Part shown: piece by piece, positions 38,249-47,677 of the stretch
How the letters are laid out: each line of letters opens with the position of its first letter
Position numbering within the stretch: the stretch's first letter is position 1
Assembly: GCA_018238155.1 (NCBI GenBank)
Contig: JABCTZ010000046.1
Span: forward strand, 128,001-192,000
DNA: 64,000 bases
Source of the DNA: Candidatus Heimdallarchaeota archaeon
GTDB lineage: Archaea; Asgardarchaeota; Heimdallarchaeia; JABLTI01
Direction: 5' to 3'
Translations under genes and position numbers: made by a program
Notes under the pieces: generated by a model
Databases searched by the model: none
What the model was told of the DNA's origin: nothing
What the model saw: the letters and a program-made list of their open reading frames with translations, nothing else

Positions 38249-41200
38249 TTATTTTCTACGAGTAAATCGTCTATAGATAACCATTGAAGCACCAGCTAGA
38301 CCAAGTAATGAAAGCATTACAGAAATACCTATTCCAGTTGGTCCTGTTGTTGTTGGAGTGCTTGGAAAATCTTCAGGGTTCAATGGATCAGTACCATGTT
38401 CTACTTCGTAGAAATCATTGAAACCGTCATTGTCTGTATCGGGATCATTTGGTTTAGTTCCAAGTGCATATTCTTCTTCATTAGTTAAACCATCTTGATC
38501 TAAATCTAAAGCAGCATCATTATCATCATTTGGATCTAATCCGTAAAGAACTTCCCAATTATCAGGAAGACCATCCGTATCCGTGTCTGCAAGAAATGGA
38601 TCTGTGCCCCAGAAGTACTCTTCATAATTAGACAAGCCATCTCCATCACTATCAATTGCTCCATCTGTACTGTTAAGAGGATCTAATCCTTCATCAATTT
38701 CCCATTTATCAGGAATAAAGTCATCATCTGTATCCTCTTTAGTAGGATCTGTGAAATGAATATAAACTTCATCACCATCGGTCAAACCATCGTTGTCAGT
38801 ATCATCATCGAATGGGTCAGTTCCAGCAATGAATTCTTCTGCTGTTGTTAAACCATCGGTATCGTTATCTCCGCCTGAATCAAAAACTAACGGATTAAAG
38901 TTATAAAATATTTCCCAACCGTCCCAAGGAATATCATCATCTGTATCATTATCTGTAGGATCTAAACCAACGATATAACCTGTGTTATTAGCTCCAGGGT
39001 TGTTTGGAGAATAGTAACCGAGTGTTTCATTGCCATCTATTACATCATCACCGTCTGTATCAGCTTTTGCCGGGTGAGTAATGAAACCATCATTTCCAAT
39101 AATTACTTCTTCCTCATCAGGAATGAAATCATTATCAGAATCCAAATTGATTGGATCAGATCCATAAACATTAACTTCATCTCCATCTATGATAGTGTCA
39201 TCGTCAGAATCGATATCTAATAGATTACAGAATGTATCATTATCAAAATCAGATAATGGACTAATACCTCGTTCTAACCAATAAGCAATTTCTGGACCGT
39301 CTAGTAATCCATCGGCATCTGTATCATCACTATTTGGGTCTGTACCCCAGATATTCGTTTCACTGTAATCAGCTACAGCATCGAGATCCGAATCCTTACC
39401 AATAATTTCGAATGAATCCAGTGAATCAGCCACAAACACCAATGTATTTGATATAGTTAATTCGAGAGCTTCTCCACCATCATCAAAGTAAGCTGTTTTA
39501 GTGATATTACTTGCGGTTGTAATATTAATCAAAATGACTCCAGCATCTTTAGCTGCAACAAAAAGATCATTTCCATCTAATTTTAGTTTTGATAAATCAT
39601 AACCTGTAGTAAGTTCTGTGTCTGCAAGAACTATAGCTAGTAAATTAGAAATATTGTATAATTTCAAACCTGCAGTTCCATCCGCAATTGCTACTAAATC
39701 GCCAGAAGCATCTATTCCATTTGCAGCTACTGTTACTTGAGTTGCATCAATTGTTGGACTTGTTGGATCGGAAATATCAATAACTTGGAATCCCGAAGCA
39801 CCAACTGCAACATAAGCAAATGTTCCGTCGATAGCTATATCGTTTGGTTTTTCTGCAGTATCTAATGTTGTTTCCTCAAAAGCAGTTGAGGGTGTTGAAA
39901 TATCAACAATGCAAAGATCCTTACCTGTTACAGACATGTAAACGTAATTACCATCTATAACTATATTATCTGCTGCACCTACCGCTACAGTAAGTAATAG
40001 TGTTGGATTTTTTAAATCGGTAATATCAATTATCTTCAATCCACCACTCGTTGCACAGTAAACATTATCATCTTTTATATCAACATCAATGTATTGGTTT
40101 ACTTCATCTTCAAACTTCGAGAGCAGGACTGGGTTCAATGGATTAGTTATATTAATAATATCTATTCCAGTTAAACCTGCAGCCAAAACTGCAGTATTTC
40201 CTGACACAACAGTTGCACTAGGTTCTCCTGCGTATGTAATTTCGCTCAACACAATTGGATCAGATTTATCTGTTAAATCTATCACTTTGAAATCGAAATC
40301 ATTACATAAATAAATGACACTTGTTGCGGATACTATTCCATAAGCTTCCCCAGGAGAATATTGTTCCCTCCAAATATAATTTATATCAGAAATATTTGTA
40401 ATGTTCAATTGATACAAATGTCCACCTGCTCCTGTAGTCAGATAGGATCTCTTTGCAACATCCCATTCAAAAAACTCTGCATAACCGGAACTGATAGTCA
40501 TTTGACTTACATAAGTGATATTTGTTGTATCTGAATAATTGTAAACTTTTAGACCATTTGCCCCATCTGCAACATATAGAATATAGGCACTTGAATCAGC
40601 TGTCCTGGAATCTGTTGAACCATCTTTTAGAACATCAATAAGAATTGGACTTGTTGGTCTAGAAGTATCTAATACTAAAACACCATCTGCTCCGCACATA
40701 AGGAAACAAATATTATTCAAAGGCTCTGCTCTAATTGAGAAAACATTGAGTCCAGAGATACCAAATTTATCTGCTTTTATTTTTGTTAAATTGGATGCTC
40801 CACCTTTTATTGAGAAAATTTCTAAACCGTCCGAACCATCAGCCACATATAAGGTGTAAAAACCGATAAATGTTAAGTCTCTTGCTTCACCACCATCGTA
40901 AAATCCACCTACTTTTTCTATATTGTTCAAATTACTATAATCTATTACCTCTACACCTGTGCCAACATTTGCAGTATAACATAAATAATTCTCTGCAACA
41001 CCAGTATTAACAATTGCATTATTTGTTTCACCACCATCCCAGTAGTTTCCTACAACGAGAGGATCAGACTTGTTTGAAACATCTACAATGGACATTCCGC
41101 CACTTAATCCTGAAGTAAATAGAAGATCTGTTGTTACTCTTCCTTTTGTTACACGATAAGCATTCCCAAAATCTACATCGATTTGACCAATTTTTGTGAG

Positions 41201-41395
41201 ACCATCAGAAAGTGAATTTATTGAATATGTCGGTGGTAATTCGTCGTAAGCACTTTCTCTGATTTCATCTATTATTGGGAGATTAGCGTCAAATTTCCCT
41301 TTAGTACTTTGTAATAAGTAGGTAGAGGATAGAAATATTAAAGCAAGAACTCCTAAAGTAAATATCACATTTATTTTTTTCTTCATAATTTTCAC
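38249..41395 (-). CDS. Cell-surface protein with LVIVD beta-propeller repeats, Ca-binding DxDxDG repeats and a C-terminal membrane anchor
   Basis: Signal peptide; repeated YVADG..GL.I.DISDP; many DTDxDGLxDxxE...GTDP units; TPTTTGPTG-TM-RRFTRRK tail. Confidence 0.88.
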   Translation of the reverse strand: MKIMKKKINVIFTLGVLALIFLSSTYLLQSTKGKFDANLPIIDEIRESAYDELPPTYSINSLSDGLTKIGQIDVDFGNAYRVTKGRVTTDLLFTSGLSGGMSIVDVSNKSDPLVVGNYWDGGETNNAIVNTGVAENYLCYTANVGTGVEVIDYSNLNNIEKVGGFYDGGEARDLTFIGFYTLYVADGSDGLEIFSIKGGASNLTKIKADKFGISGLNVFSIRAEPLNNICFLMCGADGVLVLDTSRPTSPILIDVLKDGSTDSRTADSSAYILYVADGANGLKVYNYSDTTNITYVSQMTISSGYAEFFEWDVAKRSYLTTGAGGHLYQLNITNISDINYIWREQYSPGEAYGIVSATSVIYLCNDFDFKVIDLTDKSDPIVLSEITYAGEPSATVVSGNTAVLAAGLTGIDIINITNPLNPVLLSKFEDEVNQYIDVDIKDDNVYCATSGGLKIIDITDLKNPTLLLTVAVGAADNIVIDGNYVYMSVTGKDLCIVDISTPSTAFEETTLDTAEKPNDIAIDGTFAYVAVGASGFQVIDISDPTSPTIDATQVTVAANGIDASGDLVAIADGTAGLKLYNISNLLAIVLADTELTTGYDLSKLKLDGNDLFVAAKDAGVILINITTASNITKTAYFDDGGEALELTISNTLVFVADSLDSFEIIGKDSDLDAVADYSETNIWGTDPNSDDTDADGLLDGPEIAYWLERGISPLSDFDNDTFCNLLDIDSDDDTIIDGDEVNVYGSDPINLDSDNDFIPDEEEVIIGNDGFITHPAKADTDGDDVIDGNETLGYYSPNNPGANNTGYIVGLDPTDNDTDDDIPWDGWEIFYNFNPLVFDSGGDNDTDGLTTAEEFIAGTDPFDDDTDNDGLTDGDEVYIHFTDPTKEDTDDDFIPDKWEIDEGLDPLNSTDGAIDSDGDGLSNYEEYFWGTDPFLADTDTDGLPDNWEVLYGLDPNDDNDAALDLDQDGLTNEEEYALGTKPNDPDTDNDGFNDFYEVEHGTDPLNPEDFPSTPTTTGPTGIGISVMLSLLGLAGASMVIYRRFTRRK

Positions 41396-41916
41396 ACCGT
41401 TTTTTGCTCAATTTCGGTTCGAATTATTTGTTATTACTTTTCACTACTATATTTTAATTTGTTAAGAGTTGATAAATTTTTTTATAATCTAATTCAACTC
41501 TTTTTCTTTTTAAGTATTTATTAGATTCAGATAAAAAGAAATTCTTTCAATTACTTAAGACTTTTTTCTAAAATGACCTATTGGGAAAACTACTTTGATA
41601 TGAGTTTCAATATTTGAGAGGAACGGTGGGCAACTGTTATCACACCCTATGGACAAATACTTTCGTCAAACTCTTAACAAAGAGGTTTTATAGTGAGTAA
41701 TTGTATAGCTCTTTCTGACAGCAAAAGTCAAAAACCTACTCAAAATACTCCTGCTCCGTACCTCACATAGATTCAAAAAATCATTCTCACAGCTATTCTC
41801 TGTTGAAGTGTCAGAGATGAATTGCATCAACAAACTGATTGTAGTGACTGACAGTTTTGGATAAAGTATTTCAATATATATTGGAATAAGGAAATTATAA
41901 TAAGGAAAGGCATTAA

Positions 41917-42711
41917 ATGACAAATGAAACTCTACAACGAAAAATTATTTTTGAACTATATTATAAGGATTTAATTACTCCCAATGATAATCTAAATCAT
42001 TCTGTTAAATTGCTTGATGAAATAAAATCGAAAAAAGGGTTTGATTACAAAATTATCAATGAGCTAACCACAGAGCAAGAGGACGATTTGAAAGATGAAA
42101 TCCGTATTGCTGCCGGAAGATGGAAATATAAAGTAGTAACAAAAGGTGGGGGGGCTTTAGTAATCTCGGGGAAAAAAAAATTAAATTACCAACATGGGCC
42201 GATTTTAGTTATTAGAAAAAACAATAAGATAATCGAAGTTTTTCCACGGGGCGATCCAGGTTCCAAAGAAAGTAGATGGACTACAATTGATTTCTTACTC
42301 ACTTTTCTAAAAGAAAAAATTTCAGTAACTGAAGTATTTCGAGGTCAAATATTTTCAGAAGATGATCTGCGAAATTTGATAAAGAGCACCCCTGGAATTA
42401 TTGAGAAGGGATTAACGTATTTTGATATTGAAGTTGAAATTGATTCTTCACGAATAGACTTGGTTCTAATTGACAAAAAGAATCGTCATTTATTATTAGA
42501 ATGCAAATTAAATGCAACAGACAAGACAATTGGGCAAGTAACAAGATACAGCCTTGACCGTTATTCAGAAAAATTTACTCTTCCTAAAGAGAAAATTCGA
42601 CGGGGAATTGTTACTTTGAGTGTTACGGGGCAAATTGCAGATGCTTGTAAAGAGCAAAACATTGAATTGTATATTGTTCGCCTAAAAAATCTAGGCTTTA
42701 AAAATAAGTGA
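41917..42711 (+). CDS. PD-(D/E)XK endonuclease with a NucS/DUF91-like C-terminal domain
   Basis: SEDDLRNLI...EKGL...RIDLVLID...LLECK...IGQVTRY. The N-terminal half does not resemble canonical NucS. Confidence 0.8.
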   Translation: MTNETLQRKIIFELYYKDLITPNDNLNHSVKLLDEIKSKKGFDYKIINELTTEQEDDLKDEIRIAAGRWKYKVVTKGGGALVISGKKKLNYQHGPILVIRKNNKIIEVFPRGDPGSKESRWTTIDFLLTFLKEKISVTEVFRGQIFSEDDLRNLIKSTPGIIEKGLTYFDIEVEIDSSRIDLVLIDKKNRHLLLECKLNATDKTIGQVTRYSLDRYSEKFTLPKEKIRRGIVTLSVTGQIADACKEQNIELYIVRLKNLGFKNK

Positions 42712-42843
42712 TCTTTTTAGTTTATAAAGAATAATTAGACTTGTGCTATATCTTAATACAACAATACTATATATGAATTAATATAGGATATAAAACAAAT
42801 CTAAACTCATACTGAGATATAAAATTCTTTTCAGGTAAAGGTA

Positions 42844-43662
42844 ATGGACAAATCTGTATATAATTCTTTCAAATCGGCTCTTGAAAAAGTCAAAATTAGT
42901 GAATATGACGAAGCATTAGCTATTTGTGACAAGATTATCTCTGAAAATTGTCCCGTTTATAGTATTACTCACACTAATTCATTTAAGATAAGTGAATGGG
43001 AATTTTTTGATGACATCTCTTCTTGTGAGAAAAGTATATACAAAGATGTCAAATGTTACAAAGGATATCTAGCACTCAGCATGCTCTATAAAATTGCCGG
43101 AAACACAGACCGAAGAAAAATATTTCTTCAAAAAGCACTAGAGAGATCTATTACCGTCAACAGAATTTGGCGAGATTTTGGAGAAACTTCATTTCAATTA
43201 GGAAATGTTCGTGAAGCTTTACAAAAATTTCAAGAGGCAATTGCTTTGGATCAATACGATTCTGTTTCTTTTGAGGGAGTTGGTCTTTGTTATTATTATT
43301 TGGACGAACCTTTCAAGTCTTTAACACCTTTAAAGAGAGCATTAACATTAAGTCCAAAAAACCATGCTATAATGAATAATCTATCTTTCATTTTATCTGA
43401 AATTGGCGATCTAGATGATGCTTTGAACTTAATAAAAGAAGCTCTTGAACTTCATAACAAAAGTAATGTTTATTGGGACACTTATGCTTCAATCTTATTT
43501 CTTCAAGAAAAACATGAAGAATCATTAAAAATATTCGAGAAAATTCTTGAAAATGATCCTAAAGATTGGGAAATCTCTTGGGATATCCTAACTAGTATCT
43601 ATAATACATTAGGGTTGCATGTAAAGGCAAAGATAATAGAAGAGAAATTGCATCTCAAATAA
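42844..43662 (+). CDS. Tetratricopeptide repeat protein
   Basis: TPR consensus in the C-terminal half (NNLSFIL...YWDTYA). Confidence 0.85.
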   Translation: MDKSVYNSFKSALEKVKISEYDEALAICDKIISENCPVYSITHTNSFKISEWEFFDDISSCEKSIYKDVKCYKGYLALSMLYKIAGNTDRRKIFLQKALERSITVNRIWRDFGETSFQLGNVREALQKFQEAIALDQYDSVSFEGVGLCYYYLDEPFKSLTPLKRALTLSPKNHAIMNNLSFILSEIGDLDDALNLIKEALELHNKSNVYWDTYASILFLQEKHEESLKIFEKILENDPKDWEISWDILTSIYNTLGLHVKAKIIEEKLHLK

Positions 43663-43682
43663 CTCTTCTCTGTCTATCTATT

Positions 43683-44081
43683 CTAGAAAGTCAAAGTTTT
43701 ATCACATTCATCCATTTTTAATAAAGCAGAATGTAATGAAACTATTTCAACACCAGAAACTAAATCCTCTGGTTTCAATCCAACCATGGTTAGAGAGCTT
43801 TTACAGGACATTACATTTCCACCAAAAGAAATCAACCCATCAAGAAGTTCCTCTGTAGTAAAACTCTCACCCTCAGATTCCTCTTTTTCAGGAGCGTTTT
43901 CATCAGGTTTTCTTGCTATTGCAACAGATTCTTGTAATAACAAAATGGAAATATCAAACTCCTCCATTAATAGTGTTAGAGCAACTCTTAACCCACCAAT
44001 AATTTTGTTACGATGAATGGGTTCATCTGGAGAATCAGTAAAAATAATAAAATATTTCGATGGAAAATTTTTCTCTGTCAT
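43683..44081 (-). CDS. DsrE/DsrF-like sulfur relay protein
   Basis: GLRVAL, ILLLQESV, SCKSSL, LVSGVE, C-terminal KTLTF. Confidence 0.8.
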   Translation of the reverse strand: MTEKNFPSKYFIIFTDSPDEPIHRNKIIGGLRVALTLLMEEFDISILLLQESVAIARKPDENAPEKEESEGESFTTEELLDGLISFGGNVMSCKSSLTMVGLKPEDLVSGVEIVSLHSALLKMDECDKTLTF

Positions 44082-44361
44082 ACTTACACATCTCTGTTTT
44101 AATTGTAAACGGAAAGTGGTCTTTTTAAAAAATTCTGTTATTTCAGATATTTAGTTATTCTATTTCCTTAACGCAATTTTGTTATTTAATTGTAAAAACA
44201 CCCAATTTTAACCAATTCTCTATTATATATAGAGACATTTATTCAAGTAAGATAAATTTTTTCAAAGACGATATTATTGGAAAAAATATAAATTGATATA
44301 TTATAGTACAAAAGAACAATATATCTGTAACCAAAATCTATATTCAGCAGGAGTTAGAACC

Positions 44362-44634
44362 ATGAAAATAATAAAATCTGCACAGGCGGGTTCATTAGAA
44401 TCTTGTGATATAATGATTACTGTTGACCCCACCACAAAAGGCTTGGGAATCAAAATCATTCTCGAATCTCCGGCAAAAACACAATTTGGTGCTTTAATTC
44501 TTTCAGAGATAAAAGAAGTAGCAAACAAACTCGAAATTAATGATGTTAAAATCACTGCAATCGATAAAGGAGCTCTCGGTTATTGCATTAAAGCTAGAAC
44601 AGAAACAGCATTAAGAAGAGGAGCAGGAGAGTAA
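44362..44634 (+). CDS. citD: Citrate lyase acyl carrier protein (gamma subunit)
   Basis: MKIIKSAQAGSLESCD with Ser14; QFG; DKGAL..IKAR. SD AGGAG before ATG 44362. Confidence 0.93.
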   Translation: MKIIKSAQAGSLESCDIMITVDPTTKGLGIKIILESPAKTQFGALILSEIKEVANKLEINDVKITAIDKGALGYCIKARTETALRRGAGE

Positions 44635-44640
44635 AAGAAG

Positions 44641-45552
44641 ATGTCCAAGAGATCAACAAAAAGAAATGATTCTCCAGTTAATCGCTTAAGAAGAACGAGA
44701 TTATATATTCCTGGAAATAATCCGGCGATGATCCAAAATGCAGTTGTTTATGGTGCAGATTCACTTATTTTTGATTTAGAAGATTCAATTTCGCTTGATG
44801 AAAAAGATTCTGCTAGACATTTAGTTAGAAATGCTCTTCTCACTTTAGACTTTGAAGCTTGTGAGGTAACTGTGAGAGTAAATTCATTAGATACAGAATT
44901 TTTCATCAAAGATTTAGAAGCAATTGTTCCAACAAAACCAGATGGATTGCTCTTACCAAAAACACAATCACTTGATGAATTAATTCGAGTAGGTGATTTA
45001 ATTTCTGAAATCGAGGAGAAGAACGATATTTCCATCGGAACAATAAAATTAATGCCTATAATCGAATCTGCGAAAGGAGTACTGAATGTTGAAAAATTTG
45101 CTGAAGCACCTCGAGTTATCGCACTTGGTATGGGTGGAGAAGATTTAGTGGCAGACATTGGAGCGAAACGAACCAAATTTGGTAGAGAATTAGATTATAT
45201 TTCTTCTAAAATTATTTTAGCTTGTGCAGCCAATAAAATCCAAGCAATTGATACAGTATTTATTGATGTAAATGATACAGAAGGACTTTACGAAGCATCC
45301 TTACGAGCAATTGAAATAGGATTCCAAGGAAAGAGTGTAATCCATCCAAGTCAAATTCAACATGTTCATAGAGCCTTTTCTCCGTCTCAAGAAGAAATTG
45401 AAAGAGCGAGAAGAATTGTAAAAGCATACAAAGATGCGAAGAAAAAGAGCCTTGGTGTTATCTCAGTAGATGGTCGAATGGTAGACCTTCCAGTAGTTAG
45501 ACGTTCTGAGAAAATTCTCAAATGGGCAGAAGCAAGTCAACAGAAGATCTAA
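44641..45552 (+). CDS. citE: Citrate lyase beta subunit (citryl-ACP lyase)
   Basis: RRTRLYIPGNNP, FDLEDS, VRVN, IESAKG, GGED, GKSVIHPSQI, DGRMVDLP. Confidence 0.92.
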   Translation: MSKRSTKRNDSPVNRLRRTRLYIPGNNPAMIQNAVVYGADSLIFDLEDSISLDEKDSARHLVRNALLTLDFEACEVTVRVNSLDTEFFIKDLEAIVPTKPDGLLLPKTQSLDELIRVGDLISEIEEKNDISIGTIKLMPIIESAKGVLNVEKFAEAPRVIALGMGGEDLVADIGAKRTKFGRELDYISSKIILACAANKIQAIDTVFIDVNDTEGLYEASLRAIEIGFQGKSVIHPSQIQHVHRAFSPSQEEIERARRIVKAYKDAKKKSLGVISVDGRMVDLPVVRRSEKILKWAEASQQKI

Positions 45553-45571
45553 ACATTATGAGGAATTAGAA

Positions 45572-47134
45572 ATGAAATTTGTAACAAATATAATTGGAAG
45601 GTCTATTCCAGAGGAATTGTATGGCAAGAAATTAATACCATTTACTGGTAAAGGGAAAGGACCGTATAAAGAGAGAAAATATGCCCCGAAAATCAGAAGA
45701 ACATCACCTGGAGATTGTAAAGTACTAAAATCTTTACCAGAAGCAATTAAAAAAGGCGGGTTAGCAGATGGAGGTACAATTTCATTTCATCACCACTTTA
45801 GAAATGGCGATTTTTTATTAAACATGGTTTGTCATGAAATAGCAAAAATGGGTTTGAAGGATATTAGATTGGTTCCATCGTCAATTCAACCAATAAACAA
45901 CGAACTCTTACCATATCTCGAGAAAGGAATTATCACTCATATCAATTGTGGAACTTCGGGAAAAATAGCTGATGCAATATCTCGAGGGAAAATGAAGGGG
46001 TTATTAACAATAAGATCGCATGGAGGTCGTGCACGGTCAATTGAAAATGGTGACGTGGAAATTGACATTGCTTTTATTGCTTCACCAACAAGTGATGAGT
46101 ACGGAAATATCAATGGAGTCCATGGTAAAAATGCTTGCGGTTCTTTGGGATACGCGATGCCCGATGCCCAATTTGCAAACTACGTTGTAGCTGTTACCAA
46201 CACTCTTGTTCCATTCCCGAACAATCCGATAAGCATCAGTCAAGACCATGTAGATAGCGTTGTTTTACTGAAGAAGCCTATTGGAGATCCTGCAGGTATT
46301 GTTACAACTTCTTTACGTGTTACTCGTGACCCAAAAAACCTCAAAATTGCTCGAGATAGTATTGAAGTAATAAAAGCGTCAGGATTGCTTAAAGAAGGGT
46401 TATCATATCAAAGTGGCGCAGGAGGAACTGCACTTGCAGCTACTCAATATCTGAGTGAATATATGAAAGCAAAAGGAATAAAAGGTTCATTTGGAATGGG
46501 TGGAGCAACAGAAGCTCTTGTAAAAATGTTAGAAGATGGACTTTTTGATGCAGTATTAGATGTCCAAAGTTTTGATACATATGCTGTTCAATCATTATTA
46601 AATAATCCAAAACATATTGAGATGGGTGCAAGCCAATATGCAAATCCTTTGTCGTCAGGTTGTGCAGTAAATTTGCTTGACACAGTGATCTTAGGTTGTA
46701 CTGAAATTGATACAAAGTTCAATGTAAACACCTCCACAGAATCAGATGGCAGAATTATGCATGGTATGGGTGGGCATCAAGATACATCAGAAGGAGCAAA
46801 ATTAACAATTATTGCAGCTCCTTTACTTAGAGGAAGAATTCCAATAGTTGTTGATGATGTAATTTCAGTAAATTCTCCGGGAGAAAACATCGATGCCATT
46901 GTTACAGAACGAGGAATTGCAGTGAACCCAAAGTCTCAATTTTTCGAATTACTAACGAAAAACAAGAATCTCAATATCAAAAACATTGAAGATTTGAAGA
47001 AAGAAGCAGAAAAACTCGTTGGTGGAAAACCACTGAAACCAAAAGTGACTGATCGTATTGTTGCAATAATTGAATACCGAGATGGTTCTGTTTTAGATGT
47101 CATTTATCAAATTGAAAATTATACTAATAAATAA
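45572..47134 (+). CDS. citF: Citrate lyase alpha subunit (citrate:acetyl-ACP transferase)
   Basis: TISFHHHFRNGD, RSHGGRAR, ACGSLGYA, GGHQDT, VTERGIAVNP, IEYRDG. Confidence 0.95.
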   Translation: MKFVTNIIGRSIPEELYGKKLIPFTGKGKGPYKERKYAPKIRRTSPGDCKVLKSLPEAIKKGGLADGGTISFHHHFRNGDFLLNMVCHEIAKMGLKDIRLVPSSIQPINNELLPYLEKGIITHINCGTSGKIADAISRGKMKGLLTIRSHGGRARSIENGDVEIDIAFIASPTSDEYGNINGVHGKNACGSLGYAMPDAQFANYVVAVTNTLVPFPNNPISISQDHVDSVVLLKKPIGDPAGIVTTSLRVTRDPKNLKIARDSIEVIKASGLLKEGLSYQSGAGGTALAATQYLSEYMKAKGIKGSFGMGGATEALVKMLEDGLFDAVLDVQSFDTYAVQSLLNNPKHIEMGASQYANPLSSGCAVNLLDTVILGCTEIDTKFNVNTSTESDGRIMHGMGGHQDTSEGAKLTIIAAPLLRGRIPIVVDDVISVNSPGENIDAIVTERGIAVNPKSQFFELLTKNKNLNIKNIEDLKKEAEKLVGGKPLKPKVTDRIVAIIEYRDGSVLDVIYQIENYTNK

Positions 47135-47277
47135 TTATTGAGAAACTTTTTTCTCAATAAAGCAATTTTTTATTTTCACGGTGAAATCCTGGTTAAAAAA
47201 TTTAAGCATATAAAGACATGTTTATATTAGATTACAGTTATCTTTACCTTATATAAATAACGGGGAAATTTTTACTA

Positions 47278-47538
47278 ATGCCATTTATGACAAATAAAAA
47301 GAAACAATTATTGAAAGTGCTAATACTAGCAACTGCTCTCATACCAATTTATGTCATCTTTATGGCAATCTTTCAAGAAGGTCTTGCTGGACTTTCGATA
47401 TTTACATCGATTTATTCAACGATGATGATCGGCATTTGGACTTTGTATTATTTTGATGCTTTTGACAAAAATCCAACAATCAACAATACAAATGGCAAAT
47501 TAGCTTTAAATAATGAAGAAACTTTGAAACCAAATTAA
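47278..47538 (+). CDS. Small two-TM hypothetical protein
   Basis: 86-aa ORF with two hydrophobic segments filling an intergenic gap. Confidence 0.55.
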   Translation: MPFMTNKKKQLLKVLILATALIPIYVIFMAIFQEGLAGLSIFTSIYSTMMIGIWTLYYFDAFDKNPTINNTNGKLALNNEETLKPN

Positions 47539-47677
47539 GTTTCAAGCATTTTCAAAATTTTTTTCTCATTCTAAATCAGCTATTTTTGTACCTTTTCTTT
47601 GTTTTTTTATTGACTGTATCAAAACATTAAATATGTTCAATTGGAATTAAAGATTAAAAGTAAAATGAATCGATTTA

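Noticed and set aside
38380-39400. Repetitive DNA suggesting a CRISPR array or tandem repeat
   Set aside because: These are degenerate coding DxDxDG calcium-binding repeats, with no identical repeat-spacer structure and no cas genes.
41666-41923. 85-aa minus-strand ORF upstream of the nuclease
   Set aside because: No motif, overlaps the nuclease start, and cannot be supported as a gene or a transposase fragment.
41917-42711. Calling this gene nucS/endoMS
   Set aside because: Only the nuclease domain matches; the N-terminal domain is unlike NucS.
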